From positions 14,632,001 to 14,696,000 of the forward strand of contig JBHGNT010000002.1 in NCBI GenBank assembly GCA_043228905.1: a DNA stretch of 64,000 bases, read 5' to 3'. The notes below the pieces were generated by a model. It did no database searches. It worked only from the letters and a program-made list of their open reading frames with translations, and was not told where the DNA came from. Below, piece by piece: positions 23,731 through 38,760 of this stretch (positions are counted from its first letter, which is position 1; every line of letters begins with the position of its first letter). Origin of the DNA: Azolla caroliniana (Eukaryota > Plantae > Polypodiophyta). A program made the position numbers and the translations under genes.

Positions 23731-25182
23731 ATAATAATCCTAAAATTTCCCTCTAACATTCGATTTCTAAGTCTAACTTCTAAGTATTGACTCTTGACTC
23801 TTGAGTCCCGGCTCTCTTTCTGCATGCCTCCACAATACATACTCTCTCTTGCGCTACCTCTATAGACTACAACCTCCTCCTCCTCCTAACTCTTGACTCC
23901 TTAGTCCTCTTCAAAGTTCCTACTACAGTCTACAATCTACTATAACACGTTACATAGGTATGATTCTTGAAATAAACACCCTCTCTCTCTCTCTCATCTC
24001 ATTCTCCTACAAGTATCAACATGCTCATATCTAGGGATGTATGAATATAAGGATGTATGAATAGAAATAGAGTTTGTGTTTGGTGAAGGTAGGGTTTTAT
24101 GGAGTAGTAAGGAATAGGGTTTCTGTGTCTAGTAGAGGGTTATAGACTTTCCATTATCCTGGATATGCATCAAGTATTATAATTAGTGTTTGAACATTAT
24201 TGCATTAATTGGGAATTTTCATTCTCCTATTAATGTTACAGAAAGAATATGTGCATTTTTAAGAGTACAAAACTCGTCATCCATTACAAACAGCTTCACA
24301 TTCACCCAAAACTGGGAATGATATTAAATATCAGTACTGGGATTCCATTGGATCGATCATGGTACAATAGATGGTGCAAGATATTGAGGAAAACAAAAAA
24401 AAACATCCTTGATGTGATACACAAGAAGCAATGTCATCTATTGTTATTGCTCCATCTATATATAGGAGCCATACTTATGCTATGGTTTAAACTTATCACA
24501 TCTCTCCTCCATTTGATTGTGTGGGCAACAAGTAATTCCTCCAAATCAAATCAAAGAGGAGCTATCATATAATGTAAGACTTGTCAATGCGGTGTCTCTC
24601 ACATGTTTTGGTAGTGATCATAAAATGATGTTACAATACAATTGTTAAGAATCAAGCTCAACCTAGCCTAGTGTGTGAACACACCCTTGAGAGTGTATGA
24701 ACACTCAAAGGTCAAAAGTCACACCATTACTCTTTACACATTAACTATGTGTCATAGAATATAATTCTATGACACATAACTAATGAGTTTCCACATTCCC
24801 CATGACTCATGAGTTTCGATAGTTAATGAAGAGAGAGAGTGACTATATAAAGCACTCTTCTCCTAGGCTCCTCCTACTTTGTAGTATGTCAATTAATCTT
24901 CTTTGTAATATACAATCTTCTTTGTATGAACACTCAAAGGTCAAAAGTCACACCGCTACGCTTTACACATTAACTATGTGTCATAGAATCATGTTCTATG
25001 AACATAACTAACGAGTTTCCACATTCCCCATGACTCATGAGCTTCGATAGTTAATGAAGAGAGAGAGTGACTATATAAAACACTCTCCTCCTACTTTGTA
25101 ATATGTCGGTTAATATCCTTTGTAATATACAATCTTCTTGAGTATTTTCCATTGTCTATTCTATCTATCTTGTGTTTCTCTC

Positions 25183-25229
<47 letters not shown>

Positions 25230-27360
25230 TAACATACATCTCTAATCTATTCTGTTGCACAAGAATCACCATCAATTCTTTACATGGTATCAGAGCGGTT
25301 TGGTAGCTCGATCTAGCCCATCCGCATGTGTTGTGTTCTATGCTGATGTTCGAGAAGAACCGGTCAATCGCTATTGTAGTGTGACTACATAGCTCGTATT
25401 CGAGAGAGAAGGAAAAGAAAAGAAGGAAGAAATCTTCATCGACAATGAATACTCAAATGGGGAGTGCTCTCCCTAGCGAGAAGTTGGACCGAAACAATTT
25501 CGTATCTTGGGAATACAAGATGCACCAATACCTTATCGGTCAAGGTTATTGGAGCTACATCAAAGGAGCACAAGAAAATTGACCCGACCCAAGGGACGCT
25601 GACTACTCAACATGGGAGGAAGCGACGAGTCGAGTAATGTATTGCTTGGCAACATGTGTTCATGACCACATGCTCGGCTACATTTGAGAAGCCACAATGC
25701 CAAAGGAAGCATGGGAGAATCTAAGGAAGATATTCGCCGCCAATACGACGACACGAAAGCTTCAACTCCGCCAAGAGTTAAACAACATCCAACAACGGGA
25801 CGTGTCCATCACAAGCTACACTTTGAAGATCAAGGAGCTTTGTGATTCACTCGGTTCAATAACCATCAATGTGAAGGATGATAAGATGGTGCAAGTATAC
25901 CTCAGCGGCCTTGCACCACGGTTCGGCGTGATGAGGACCGTCGTCCTAGCAAGGGAGAATCCTCCCTCTTTCTTCGACCTTCAATCCATGTTGTTGGTTG
26001 AAGAAAACCATGTTCGAACAAGGAACAACACCTCGGAAGGCCACATGCTCTACACACATTCAAACGGAGGAAGAAGACATGGCCGAGCAAGAGGCCGATT
26101 CGGCCAAGGATGAGGCGGACGAAGCCCAACTTACGAAAATAACTTGCAATTTCGGCATCAAGATGGAAGCCATCGAGGAACCTTCAGAAGAAGGGGGAGC
26201 TTCCATTCCGTTCTGAGTTGACAAAACTCGATCGAATGTGGATATTGCGGCAAAATTGGTCACCACGAAGAAGAGTGCAGAAAGATGATGTGTGAGTCAA
26301 TTTCCACTGCCCAACACCTCACCAATTAAGTCACCAACTCTAACTATGAAGATCATGGCGGAATGTTCGTAATGAGACATAGAGCAAATTCTATGTTGGC
26401 CTCTACTTCGACTAATGCTTCCAATCCGGAAGATGTATGGTTCGTTGACTCCGGTGCTTCAAACCATATGATGTCCCATCAAGAATGGTTCAAAGCCCTT
26501 TGAGAGCCGGATCGACCTAGTTATGTCGAGACCGGAGACGACACTACTCAGCCGATTCGGCATGTCGGCAATGTCCCATTCAGGAAAGTAGGTGAACAAG
26601 CTTGCATCAAAAATGTCTTACATGTGCCCACCATAACAAAGAATTTGGTCTTGGTCAGCCAAATTGTGGAGCAAGGGATGCAAGTTCGATTCAACCAAGG
26701 TTGCTTCATCGAGAAGGAAGGCCGACTAATTGCTCGTGGTCAAAGGGAATGCCGAATGTTTATCCTCAAAGTGAATGAGGTAAAATCGGCCATGTTTGCG
26801 AAGGGCCTCAAACCCGACACCGACATAGAGCTATGGCATAAAAGAATTGGCCATATCAATCTCAACAAACTCAAGGCGATGCAATCAAAAGGAGTCGTCA
26901 TTGGACTTCCGACATTCAAAGAGAAAGAGATTGAAGATGTATGTGGAGCATGCCAATTCGACAAGCAACATCGGCACCCATTACCGAAGGAGAGGAACGT
27001 GAGCAAAGGCCTATTAGACGTAGTCCACTTGGATGTGTGGGGACCGGCACAAACGGCCACATTCGGAGGATGTCGGTACTATGTTACCTTCATCGATGAC
27101 TTCTCTAGATACACATGGATCTTTCCCATGAGGATGAAGAGCAAAGTGTTTTCACACTTCCAAAAATTTAAAAGTGAAGTCGAAAAGACAACCGGCCTCC
27201 ATGTACGATGTCTTCGGTCGGACGGAGGAAACACGCTATTGACAACTTGTTGGTAATCTCATCTACCTCATGATCACTTGACCCGACCTGAGCTTATCCT
27301 GTCAGCCTCCTTAGCCAATTCATGCAAACTCCATGAGATATCCATTTGGATTGTGCTCAG

Positions 27361-30300
27361 TGTTGAGATACAAGCTCAACATTGGCCATAAACCGGTGCG
27401 CAAACCGGTGCGCAACAAGAGGCCGGATCGGTGCGGAAACTGGGAGGCTGTTGAACAAATATTCCGCGAGGGAATATATTTGGGAGTTTGTGTAGGAGCT
27501 CAGTTGTGAGCATGGAAGTACGTGTCAGTACTTCTGTCAGTCTGTATGGACATGTATAAAAGTGCTCTCTGAGCACATCCTATGTACAAAGTTTTACACA
27601 TTATTCGAATTTTAGTTTTTCTGTGTGTTAATTCCCTCTCTGTCTCTCCCACATACATCGTGTCTTAAGCTCTCCATTAAACCTATTTTTTTCCCTGTTG
27701 GTATTCTGTGTTTCATATAGCTTCCCACGTAACATTTCACATGGTATTAGAGCGTGAGGGTTGAGAACCTCTGCAATTGACTTCAGCTTGAAACAAAAAA
27801 AAACCGTAATCTCGGTGAAGAACAAAAGGAAAAAAAATGGATAGAGGTATGGCTAGTTCGCTTCCAACTGAGAAGCTCAACAGAAGTAACTACGCATCTT
27901 GGTCGTACAAGATGCACCAGTACCTGCTCGGACATGGATATTGGAGCTATGTCGATGGGGCGAATGATGCAGCACCTGAAGCGATACTGGGAACAGTAGG
28001 CGAACAAAGTTCTCTACTGCTTCGCGTCGTGTGTGAGCAAACGGCTCTTGAGCTACATTCAGGATGCCAGAACGCCGAAGGATGCTTGGGGAAATCTGAA
28101 AAAGATTTTCTCCACAAGCACCACAACCAGGAAGCTTCAACTCCGATAGGAGTTGAGCAATGTGCGCCAATGTGACATGACGATGACTGACTACACCTCC
28201 AAGATAAAGGATATCTATGACTCCCTCGCCTCCATCGATGTGAATGTTGAGGAGGGCAAAATGGTGCAGATCTGCCTCGAATGATTGGCATCGAAGTTCG
28301 GAGCATTTGGAATTGCTATTTGTACAAGGGAGAATATGTCGTCGTTTTTCGACTTGCAGTCGATTCTCCTTGTAGAGGAGAATCACATGGGTGCGTCGAA
28401 GAGTATGCACGCCGACAACAAGATGTTGTACACGGAGGGAGATAGTCCCTGTGGTCGTGGCGGAGGAGGCGAATCGGTGCGCAATGGAGGCGGCCGACGG
28501 GAGCAAGGAAGAAGGCATTGGGTCATGCCGGTAGCAATTCCGGACCCTTCGGAAGCAGGGGGAGTTGAGGAGGCGACGAGAACCGACAATGGAAACACGC
28601 CGTGGAATGCTGGTATTGTGGCAAGAAAGGTCACAAGGAGAGTGAGTGATGGAAGAAGCGTGCCGATTTAGGGAAAACCGGATCCGGATCCGGATCTAGA
28701 CTGACCGTACAAGGAAATCGGCAGCAGTCGCACTATGCCGAAGGATCCGAAAAAGTCGGAAAGGGTGCAACCTTCGTGACAAGAAACGAATCGAACTTGA
28801 TGAAGAAGACCACCCCGAAATCAGACGAAATGTGGTACGTTGACTCCGGAGCATCAAACCATATGACGAGCCATAAAGAGTGGTTCTCATATCAGGAAAA
28901 ACCGGAACCGGGAATAGTCGCAACAGGGGACGACACTCCGCATCCGATTGTACATGTCGGTGAAGTTCCCCTCAGCCATGTCGGGCAAAAAGGGAAGCTA
29001 ATGAACGTGTTACACGTCCCGACAATTACGAAGAATCTGGTGTCGGTTGGACAGATCGTCGACCAGGGGATGCAATTCCGGTTCACGCAACTCGAGTGCT
29101 TCATCGAGGAAGAAGGCCAAGTTATTGCGCAAGGGCGCATAGATGGGAGGATGTTCATCCTCGACACCAATGACGTAGGCACCACCGTGTTCGTGAAAGA
29201 AAAAAAGTCGAGTCCGATATCGACTTGTGGCATAAGTGGATAGGCCATGTCAACTACGAAAGGCTTTAGGACCTGCAATCAAAACAAGTTGTGTTCGGAT
29301 TGCCAAAATTCAGTGGTTGAAAGGCCCAAATTTGTGAAGCTTGCCAGCTAGGGAAGCAACACTGACTTCCTTTCCCCAACGAGTGTAATCGGAGCCAAAA
29401 TAAGCTCGACTTGATACATTTAGATGTATGGGGACCAACACAGAACATGAGTCTTGGCGGGAGTGGATATTTCGTCTCCTTCATCGACGACTACACTCGG
29501 CACACATGGATCTACCTCATCGAAAAGAAGAGTGAAGTCTTCGACTGTTTCCAAAACCTCAAAAATCTTGTTGAAAGGGAAACAGGGAGGAAGATCAAGT
29601 GCCTACAGTCGGATGGCGGAAAAGAGTACCTTTCCGGCCAATTCAACAGTTATCTGCAACAAATGGGAATTCGGCGCGAATTCAGTTGCAGGTATACACC
29701 GGAGCAAAACGGCGTAGCCAAAAGGAAGAATCGGTCAGTTGTGGAAGCAGCGCGGGCAATGCTGGAAGAAAAGAGCATGCCCAAGTCTATTGGGCCGAAG
29801 CAGTCCGAACCACGGTCTACATCCAAAATCAGATAGGAGAAAAAGTGTCGGCACATGAGCTATATTTCGAAAGGAAGCCGAATCTACGACACTTTATGGT
29901 TTTCGGTAGCATCGTGTATGTGCATGTGCCGAAGGAGAAGTGGAGGAAGCTGGACGCAAAAGCCGAGAAGTGTATCTTGGTCTGCTACTCGGACGAACAG
30001 AAGGGTTATAAGTTTTATAACCCCTGAACCAAACAAGCTCACGTAAGTCGCGATGTTGTGTTCGATGAGTCTGCGTCTTGGTATTTGCCTCCGACTCCAG
30101 ACCTCAACTCCAATCCAAGTTCCGGAGATGAGGTCAGCGAGGCTGAGATGCGCCCTGATGAGCTCGAGGTCGAAACTCTTGAAGAGAGTCCGATCTCATT
30201 TATGCTAAGTGGACCGAATGAGTGACTAAGTCGGGTTGACCAGTCAGATGAAGAGCCGGCGAGTAGTGGAGACTCGACCGTGCAATCCCCGCACAAGAAG

Positions 30301-32903
30301 CCGAAGAGATGGCTTACGCTCAAAGAAAAGGGAAAGAAGAAGATGTCGGAGTACGGCGCGGATAGGGACGAGTTGGATCGACGCGAATTCGACTCCGAGA
30401 AGAGCGATGACGGGCCTTCAAGAATGAAGCCCGCGTCGGCTAGAATGACCTCAACATCGGCTAATGAGCAATTACACCGATCTATCGGCCAGAAGAACCC
30501 TGTTATGCGGTTCGGATACAATGAGTACATGGCACATCACTATGCATACATGACACGTGTAGTGGAAGTGCGTGAGCCGGAGATCTACGTAGAAGCGGCA
30601 AAGGACGCAAATTGGCATGCCGTTATGGAGGAAGAGATGAATGCACTTGCGAAGAATGAAACTTGGGACCTGGTTGACACCCCCAAGGGTGTAAAGCTGA
30701 TTGGATGCAGGTGGGTGTACAAGGTCAAGTACAACACCAACGGTTCGGTCAACCGATACAAGGCCCGGTTAGTAGCAAAAGGCTACGTGCAAAAACACGG
30801 CATCGATTACGATGAGACGTTTGCGCTGGTCGCGAAGATGATGACAATCCATGTTTTGCTTGCGGTAGCTGCGGTGAAGGGGTGGCACTTACATCAGATG
30901 GATGTAAAGAATGCGTTGCTGCAAGGAGAGCTCGAGGAACAAATGTACATGATACAACCCCCCGGATTTCACTCCGGAACAAACACTTCAGCGGTATGGT
31001 GGTTGAAAAAGTCCCTTTACGGACTAAAGCAAGCCCCGCATGCCTGGAACGCGAAGATCACGCATTGATTGCGTCGGATGGGATTTGTGACGTCCAAATT
31101 GGACTCTTCATTGTTCGTTCGGTAAGGTCGACTTGGGCCGGTTAGTATTTTTCTTTATGGTGATGACTTGGTCATCGCCGTTGTCGACTTAGGTGGAATT
31201 GACCGTGTAAAGCTCCATATTGTGGCATCATTTGATATGAAGGACCTGGGGGACCTTCATTACTTTCTCGGGATCAAAGTGATCCGAACCCCCGAAGACA
31301 TACTGATCAGCCAACGACATTACGTGTTGAGTATGCTCTTGAAGTTCGGGATGGTAGACTGTAAGTCCGTCTCAACTCCTTTGCACAGAACTGTGAAGCT
31401 TCATCCCGACTCTGGAAAGGTCTACAACCTGAAAAGGTTCTGACAGATTGTTAGAAGCCTCATATACTTGACTATCACCCTGCTGGACCTCAGTTACCCG
31501 GTCGACTTGATTAATCAGTACATGGCGCGACCAACGCGTACTCAGGTACGTCAGTGGCACTAAGGACCGGGGGCTACTATATCGGACCGGTACTGTCATG
31601 CAGCTAGTCCGCTATACAGATGTCAACTGGGCCGGAAATGCCGGCAATCACCGATCCACATCCAGATTCGCGTTCTCCCTTGGGAGTGTCGCGATTGCGT
31701 GGAGTGGCAAGAAGCAGTTGACAGTTGCACTGTCGAGCATAGAGACCGAGTATCGAGGAGCGGTTGTCGCAACATGCAAAGCCATATGTCTGAAGCGGCT
31801 ACTTAAGGATCTGCGGGTGGAGGTGTCTGGTCCGACAACGATCTACTATGACAACCTCAGCAACATCCAACTTGCGAAGAACTCCATCTTCCACACCCAG
31901 ACTAAGCACATTGAGGTGCACTACCACTTAGCCCGCGAGCGTGTCCTCTCTGGTGAAGTTGAAGTTCAGTATGTTCCGACGGATCGGCAGAATGCTGACA
32001 TCTTCACCAAGCCCCTTGGTTTAGACAAGTTGCGGCAATTCTCAGGTGCACTTGGATTGCGGCACCTCGACATGCCAAATTTGGGGGGGAGAAAAATCCC
32101 GCATGACCATGGAAAGGAGCAGGAAAGGAGCGGAAGTGACCGCGACACCAAATCGGATGACGAATTCGATTTAGTGTCGGCTAAAGAAGCTGAAGGCAGA
32201 TCCGTAGAAGAGTCCGGAAGCGGACGAGAGGGTAACAGCCGAAAGAAAGAGCCGGAGCCAACCAAGCATAGGGGAGATGAAGCCAACAAGGGCGAGAAGG
32301 CCAAGATTGAGGACGAATTGGAGACAAGCAATTCAGACAAAAGTGGAGACGAACTGGAGGCAACTGATTCGGCTCGGATGTTTGATTCGGAGAAACCGAA
32401 TCAACTGAAGGCCAAGCGGAAGAAAGGGCAGTAGAAGAGGCGCCAACACCGTGATAGCAAGGGACCTGGAAAAGGCCGCACGAGCAGACAAGCTGACCGT
32501 AAGGGTCGAGGCGCGCAAAATCCAACAGGTCGAGGAGCGCGAGTGAGGCGTGAAGTCAAGAGAAATTGGAGTGAAGGACCGGAAGAGCCTCAAGTGAGCT
32601 TGAGGGGAGTGTTGAGATACAAGCTCAACATTGGCCGTAAATCGGTGCGTAAACCGGTGCACAACAAGAGGCCGGATCGGTGTGGAAACCGGGAGGCCGT
32701 TGAACAGATATTCCCCGAGGGAATATATTTGGTGGTTAGTGTAGGAGCTCAATTATGAGCATTGAAGTACGTGTCAGTACTTCCGTTAGTCCGTATGGAC
32801 TTTGTTAAGGATTAGGTAATTAATTAAGGAATAATTATTACCTAATTATGTGATAAAGTTAAGTGCAGAAGATTATGTGATATGTGTGTGTATGTGTGTC
32901 AGA

Positions 32904-32938
<35 letters not shown>

Positions 32939-33454
32939 TTATGAATAACACAAGATGGGGGATGAGTAAGTATATTAACTTAGCATTATCATCATCTATC
33001 ATCAAATACAAAAATACCTTCAATGAGGTATATATAGGTTTCATGTGCAAGGGTGCACATGTGCTAGGAGAATATAGGTACAACATGTAAGTCCTATATT
33101 AAATGAGCATGGAGTTGTGGATCTACAATGTATCCCACTCAAGTACAAAATCCTATTTAAGGCTTTATGGTCAACACACTAACTAGATTCTATCTAGGTA
33201 ACTACTAAGTTACATGTGTTGACTAACTAACTAAACTAAGTTGAGCTTGATCTCTCAACAAACTTGTATAAAAGTGCTCTCTGAGCACATCCTATGTACA
33301 AAGTTTTACACATTATTCCAATTTTAGTTTTTCTATGTGATAATTCCCTCTCTATGTCTTCTGTGAACATCGTGTCTTAGGCTTTCCATTAAACCTGTTT
33401 TTTCCCCTGTTGGTATTCTATGTTTCATATAGTTTACACACGTAACATTTCACA
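27361..33454 (+). mobile_element. Ty1/Copia element E (relative of C), near full length but degenerate
   Basis: 5' LTR 27361-27741, PBS tggtattagagc, 3' LTR 32610-33454 split by solo LTR F. TSD ctcag/ctaag (1 mismatch). Removing E restores the host reading LDCAKRVLRY. Confidence 0.93.
32803..33260 (-). mobile_element. Solo LTR F (458 bp) inserted in the 3' LTR of E
   Basis: TG...CA termini. TSD gactt/aactt. The minus strand starts TGTTGAGAGATCAAGCTCAAC like the other Copia LTRs here. Confidence 0.88.
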
Positions 33455-36426
33455 CTAAGCGAGTGCTACGATATGTGTGCGGAACAATGGACTATGGTAT
33501 TCTCTATAAGTCGGCCACGCTAATTCAACTCGAAGGGTACACAAATGCCGACTATGCCGGCTACAAAGCCGATCGATGATCAACCTCTAGTTCCATTTTT
33601 TCCCTTGGAAGTGGAGCCATCTCTTGGAGTAGCAAGAAGCAACCCACCGTCGCTCTTTCAAGCACAGAGGCCAAATACAGGCGCGCGGTGGTGGCTGCAT
33701 GTGAAGACGTATGGCTCAAGAGGATATTGAAGGATCTGAGCATTCCCATCAAAGATCCGATTCCTCTTTACTGCGACAACATGAGCAGTATTCATCTGGC
33801 TCGGAACCCGGTGTTCCATGCCCACACGAAGCATATCGAAGTGCACTATCACTTCATTCGAGAGCAAGTTCAGGCTGGAGATGTCGACCTTCAACACATC
33901 AGCACGAATCTTCAGACAACCGACATCTTCACCAAAGCCCTAGGAGCCGACAAGCTTCGGCAATTCATGTCAGACCTTGGATTGATGATCCTTGACTTGC
34001 CAAGCTTGAGGGGGAGTATGTCCGAACCGGGTATCAGCCGAAGCGGACACCAAACAGAGAGAACTGAATACCGTTCGAATCGGGTACCAACCGAAGGGGA
34101 CAAGCTGACCAAAGTTGAGCTTGAGGGGGCGTGTTGAGAATCAAGCTCAACCTAGCCTAGTGTGTGAACACACCCTTGAGAGTGTATGAACACTCAAAGG
34201 TCAAAAGTCACACCGCTACGCTTTACACATTAACTATGTGTCATAGAATCATGCTCTATGAACATAACTAATGAGTTTCCACATTCCCCATGACTCATGA
34301 GCTTCGATAGTTAATGAAGAGAGAGAGTGACTATATAAAACACTCTCCTCTCTCTCTCTCTCTCTCTCTCACTCACTCACATAACACACATCTCTAACCT
34401 ATTCCACTGCACAAGAATCACCATTGATTCTTTACAACAATACATTTTCTGAAAAGTAAAACTGTGAAGTCAAGATCTTGGAAAGATACCTTGGCATCAC
34501 CATCCATACAATGTGTTTCTAAATGTGCAGGAGGCTGAAACACCTTCACATTTTCATTTGCATATGATGTCCAAGATTCCTAACTAGAAAGACTTTGTTC
34601 AACCAATTTATTACTAAGGCCATGTTTAATGCTGACAAAATCCTGACTTCTACATCATCCACTTCAGCAGTGATAAGTGAGTGTTAAATTATATTGTGCT
34701 CCGTATAATTTTCTTTTCTTATTCTTGGTCACAAAGACAAATGCTTCACATACAAAGATATGCAATGTGTCGAATCTAGAATGTTTGTCAGTCTAAAGCT
34801 CATGTAGGATCTTGAAGTCGAGAGATCTACTCAGCAGTATGTTGATTTATGTGCACTACAATAATTAACGTTGTCGTGTTGTCGCACGTGTGCATAGGAA
34901 ACTAAGGCGGGACCGCGGGGGCCTTGGACCAAGGAGTGAGCGAAGATAGAAGGAAAAGAGAAAGGAAAGAGAAAGAACTACGAACGCTGAGTACCGGCTA
35001 GCACAACACTTGCCGGTTCAGAGAGGGACTCAACAACAGGCCAAAGATAGACAAAGATTACACTTAGGAAGAATCGATTACGACCAAGCAGAGACTACAA
35101 CAAGGATTGATACAAAGAAAAATAGAGATCGGTGTTCTGTTCCCAGTTCGACAACACTTCCCCCTCCCAAAACGTGATATCATTTGGTCCTTTCTCTCAC
35201 CCTTTTATAGGCCGGAGAGGAAGAGCCGTTACATCCTAGTTACATCATCATTATTCTCTGTCCCTTCAGACAGAGATATGCTTTGATTTCCTAACCTATT
35301 AATATGTTTATATTTAATTTTTTTACATCACGCTGACCTATTCTTAGACTATGTACAAAGTTGTTTAAAATTTGCGCGCATTCGCGCATGTCATGGTTCA
35401 TGTGCTCGAATCCCCGTTTCCTCCTATGGCCGGTTTTCTTCACGACATCCATCCCCAACAAACCGCACATCCACCGGTATGCGCCGAATGAGACAGATTC
35501 CGGGGAAAAACCGGCCTGTTCTCAACCGTCGCTCTCCGAATCATTGTCTGTTCCAGTCCGGTCGCCGCCAACATCCGCACTCCCCTGGTCCAGTTCATCC
35601 GCATGCCACTTCTTGAACGCTTTGATCCTCTTTCCCGCCACAGGTACTGTTATCCACGTTCCGTCGAGCTCCACGAGATGGTAGGTGCCGTTGTTGTTTG
35701 TGCTCGTTATGACGTAGGGCCCGAACCACCTTCTGGCGAATTTACACGTTGCCTTGTGCTGATTGTCGAGGCTACTGTCATAAACCAATACCCAGTCGCC
35801 TTCCTCGATCTTCTTCGGTCATAGCCGTTGCGTTCGGTCGAACAGGTCTTTGTTCTTCATCCTTGCCGCTTGCAACTTCACCTTTGCCCGATCTACGTCC
35901 TCCGACCTTCGCTCAAGCTGTAGAATCCTTGATGCCAATAGCTCTTCTCGGCTCATCTCGTCTCTCCAGTCGATTGCTGCCTGTGAGGATATAGTTCGTT
36001 CCATCGGCATGATCGGCTTCTGCCCGTACATCAACTCCGTCGACATGAATCTGGTCACCGAACTATGCGTAGTTCGGTCTACCCATAACGCGTAAGGTAG
36101 GAGCCGTGGCCAATTCCCGACTTGCCCTTCGCATGCTCGTACCAATGCCTTTATGATTGGCCCATGTCCGCGCTCTATCTTTCCGTTCGCTTCCGGATTG
36201 TACGCTGTTGTGAGGGAGAGTTACACCCCTAACCAGCCAAACAGCTCTTCGGCCTCTTGCTCGTCTAGCTCTCCCCGGTCAGCCACGATCTTCCGCACGC
36301 ACCCATACCGGCAGACCATCTCTTCGATCAGGAACCGACACAGGACCGTAGTCTTCTTGTTCTATAGTGCACGACCCTCCACTTGGTTCGTCAGGTCTTC
36401 TCGCGCAAGCACTAGGTACCACCTCT

Positions 36427-36872
36427 GCCCTATCTCCATTGGCATCGTCACTAAATCCACGATCCATTTGAAATGGACAGTCGGTGGGTATTTCGGGTGC
36501 AACTCGTCTTTGTGCTGGATCATCGAATGCATTTGGTAGCTCTCGTAGGTCGTTACGAACTTATGCACGTCCCGGTACATTCCCGGCCACCAATACCTCT
36601 CTTTCAGCTTCTCAAACGTGGCCCACGTTCCGTGGTGTCCGGCCCAAGGGCCCTATCCCCATTGGCATCATCACTAAATCCACGATCCATTTGAAATGGA
36701 CAGTCGGTGGATATTTCGGGTGCAACTCGTCTTTGTGTTGGATCACCGAATGCATTTGGTAGCTCTCGTAGGTCGTTACGAACTGATGCGCGTCCCGGTA
36801 CATTCCCGGCCACCAATACCTCTCTTTCAGCTTCTCAAACGTGGCCCACGTTTTGTGGTGTCCGGCCCAAGG
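36427..36872 (-). repeat. 223-bp tandem duplication within the G integrase
   Basis: MYRD..FVTTYESYQMHS.IQHKDELHPKYPPTVHFKWIVDLV is encoded twice. Confidence 0.92.
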
Positions 36873-38760
36873 GCTCTCATGATACACCGATAACAACACC
36901 TTCTATTCCTCTCTTCTTATCACTAAGTTCTGCCGACCGAGCTTGACGTCGATTCAACACACGAGCATCCTGAAAGTAGCCAAGGTTCTTGTGGTCACTA
37001 AATACAGTGATTGGATGAGAGGATCCCTCTAGAAAATGGCTCCATTGCATAAAAGAATGCACTATTGCCAATAGCTCTTTATCATGAATTTCGTAGTTGA
37101 TTTCGGCGGCGTCAAACTTGCGTGAGTGAAAAGCCACAGGATGTAGCTTCTCATCATTCCCATGTTGTGACAGAATGCTCCCCAATGCAAAATCCGATGC
37201 GTCAGCTTCGATAATGAATGGTTTTTCCGGATCGACATGAGGTAGAATTGGAGCCGATGTAAATGCCTTTTTAAGACTCTCGAAAGCCATGTCCGTTTCT
37301 TCAGACCAGATGAACGGTTGTCCCTTCCTGGTAAGTTGTGTGAGAGGTAGAACGATCTTTGAGTAATCTTGTATGAACTTCCGGTAAAAATTGGCAAAGC
37401 CTAGGAAGCATTGCACATCCCGCACCGAACACGGAGTCAGCCATTCTACCACCGTTTTGACCTTAGGTGGGTCCATGGAGATGCCTTCTGACGAAATGAT
37501 GTAGCCAAGAAATTCCACTTGGTTGCACCGAAACTACACTTTTCCAACTTTGCATACAGACCATGTTCTCGAAGTCGTTTTAGTACTAATAGTACATGAG
37601 AATCATGTTCTTCTTGGGTCTTTGAATAAACCAGTAGATCATCCAAATAGATGATCAAACAATCATCCAATAGATCTCGGAATATATCATTAGCCATGTG
37701 CTGGAAGACTGCCGGCGCATTAGTGAGGCCGAACAGCATGACCGTATACTCGAAGTGCCCATATCTGGTGCGAAACGCGGTCTTCCATTCATCTCCTGGT
37801 CGGATCCGTACGAGGTTATATGCTCCTCGTAAGTCGATCTTCGTGAAGAACCTGGCACCATTGATCCGTTCTAAAAGACTTGAGATAAGGGGAAGAGCAT
37901 ACCTATTCTTGATTGTAACCTTACTCAAGCCACGGTAATCTACAATGAGACGAAGCGATCCATATTTTTTCTTGACGAAGAAAATAGGCACGCCGGCTGG
38001 AGATTTCGAATGCCGAATGAAACCATTTTCCAAATTCTCCTCTATATAGGCCCGAAGGACTTCCAGCTCAGTTGGTGACAAATTGTAGATCGGTCCCCAT
38101 GGCGGCTCTTTTCCTGGTTGTAAATTGATGGGGCAATCATAGGTCGATGATGAGGAAGTGTGTTGGCTTGTACTTTATCGAACACATCGGCGTAATGACG
38201 ATACTTCTCGGGAAGTTGAACGGTGGATTCTTCTTTAGTGGTGCTGGAGGGGTTTACTGATAATGCAAAGAGGAACATTTCCTCCTTGCGCCCTTCTTTA
38301 CGCAACTGACGTAGCGAAATGGTTGCCATCTTCTGAGTTGACCCTTGGGTTTGTCGACACCGGATTTCTCTTGTTCTCCAATCTATGTCTGGGCTATGTA
38401 ACTCGAATCACGGTAATCCTAAAACTATGAGAGGTTCTGGGATACTAATAATATTAAATGATACTACACATGCTAAGTTATCTAGGACAATATTAATGGG
38501 CTCTGACTCTTCTATGATATTTCCGGAAGCAATGAGACATCCATCAATGACTACTACAGAGGCTGGACACTGGAGTTTTCTTAGGGATATCTTATGAGCT
38601 TGAGCAAATTTCTTATCCATAAAGCAAGAGTTAGCTCTGGAATCTAGGAGTGCTAGGACATGTACTGGAGGGGTACTTTTAGTACTAACTATTACTTGGG
38701 CTACGAACACATCACTAACTTGCTTAGAGGGAATGGAACCACTAATGGGCTGCACAGATC

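Larger units (their letters stand above)
24643..34436 (+). mobile_element. Ty1/Copia element D (IN-to-RT deletion at ~27230; hosts Copia E)
   Basis: LTRs 24643-25284 and 34132-34436. Perfect TSD acaat. PBS tggtatcagagc at 25285. gag/PR/IN remnants at 25445-27230; RNaseH at 33455-34137. Confidence 0.95.

Noticed and set aside
24249-24642. Decayed hAT transposase (VW...CKTC resembling a BED finger), possibly continuing at 34442-34870 and 45946-46397
   Set aside because: Too degenerate to support by eye; needs tBLASTn/HMM on the sequence with insertions removed.
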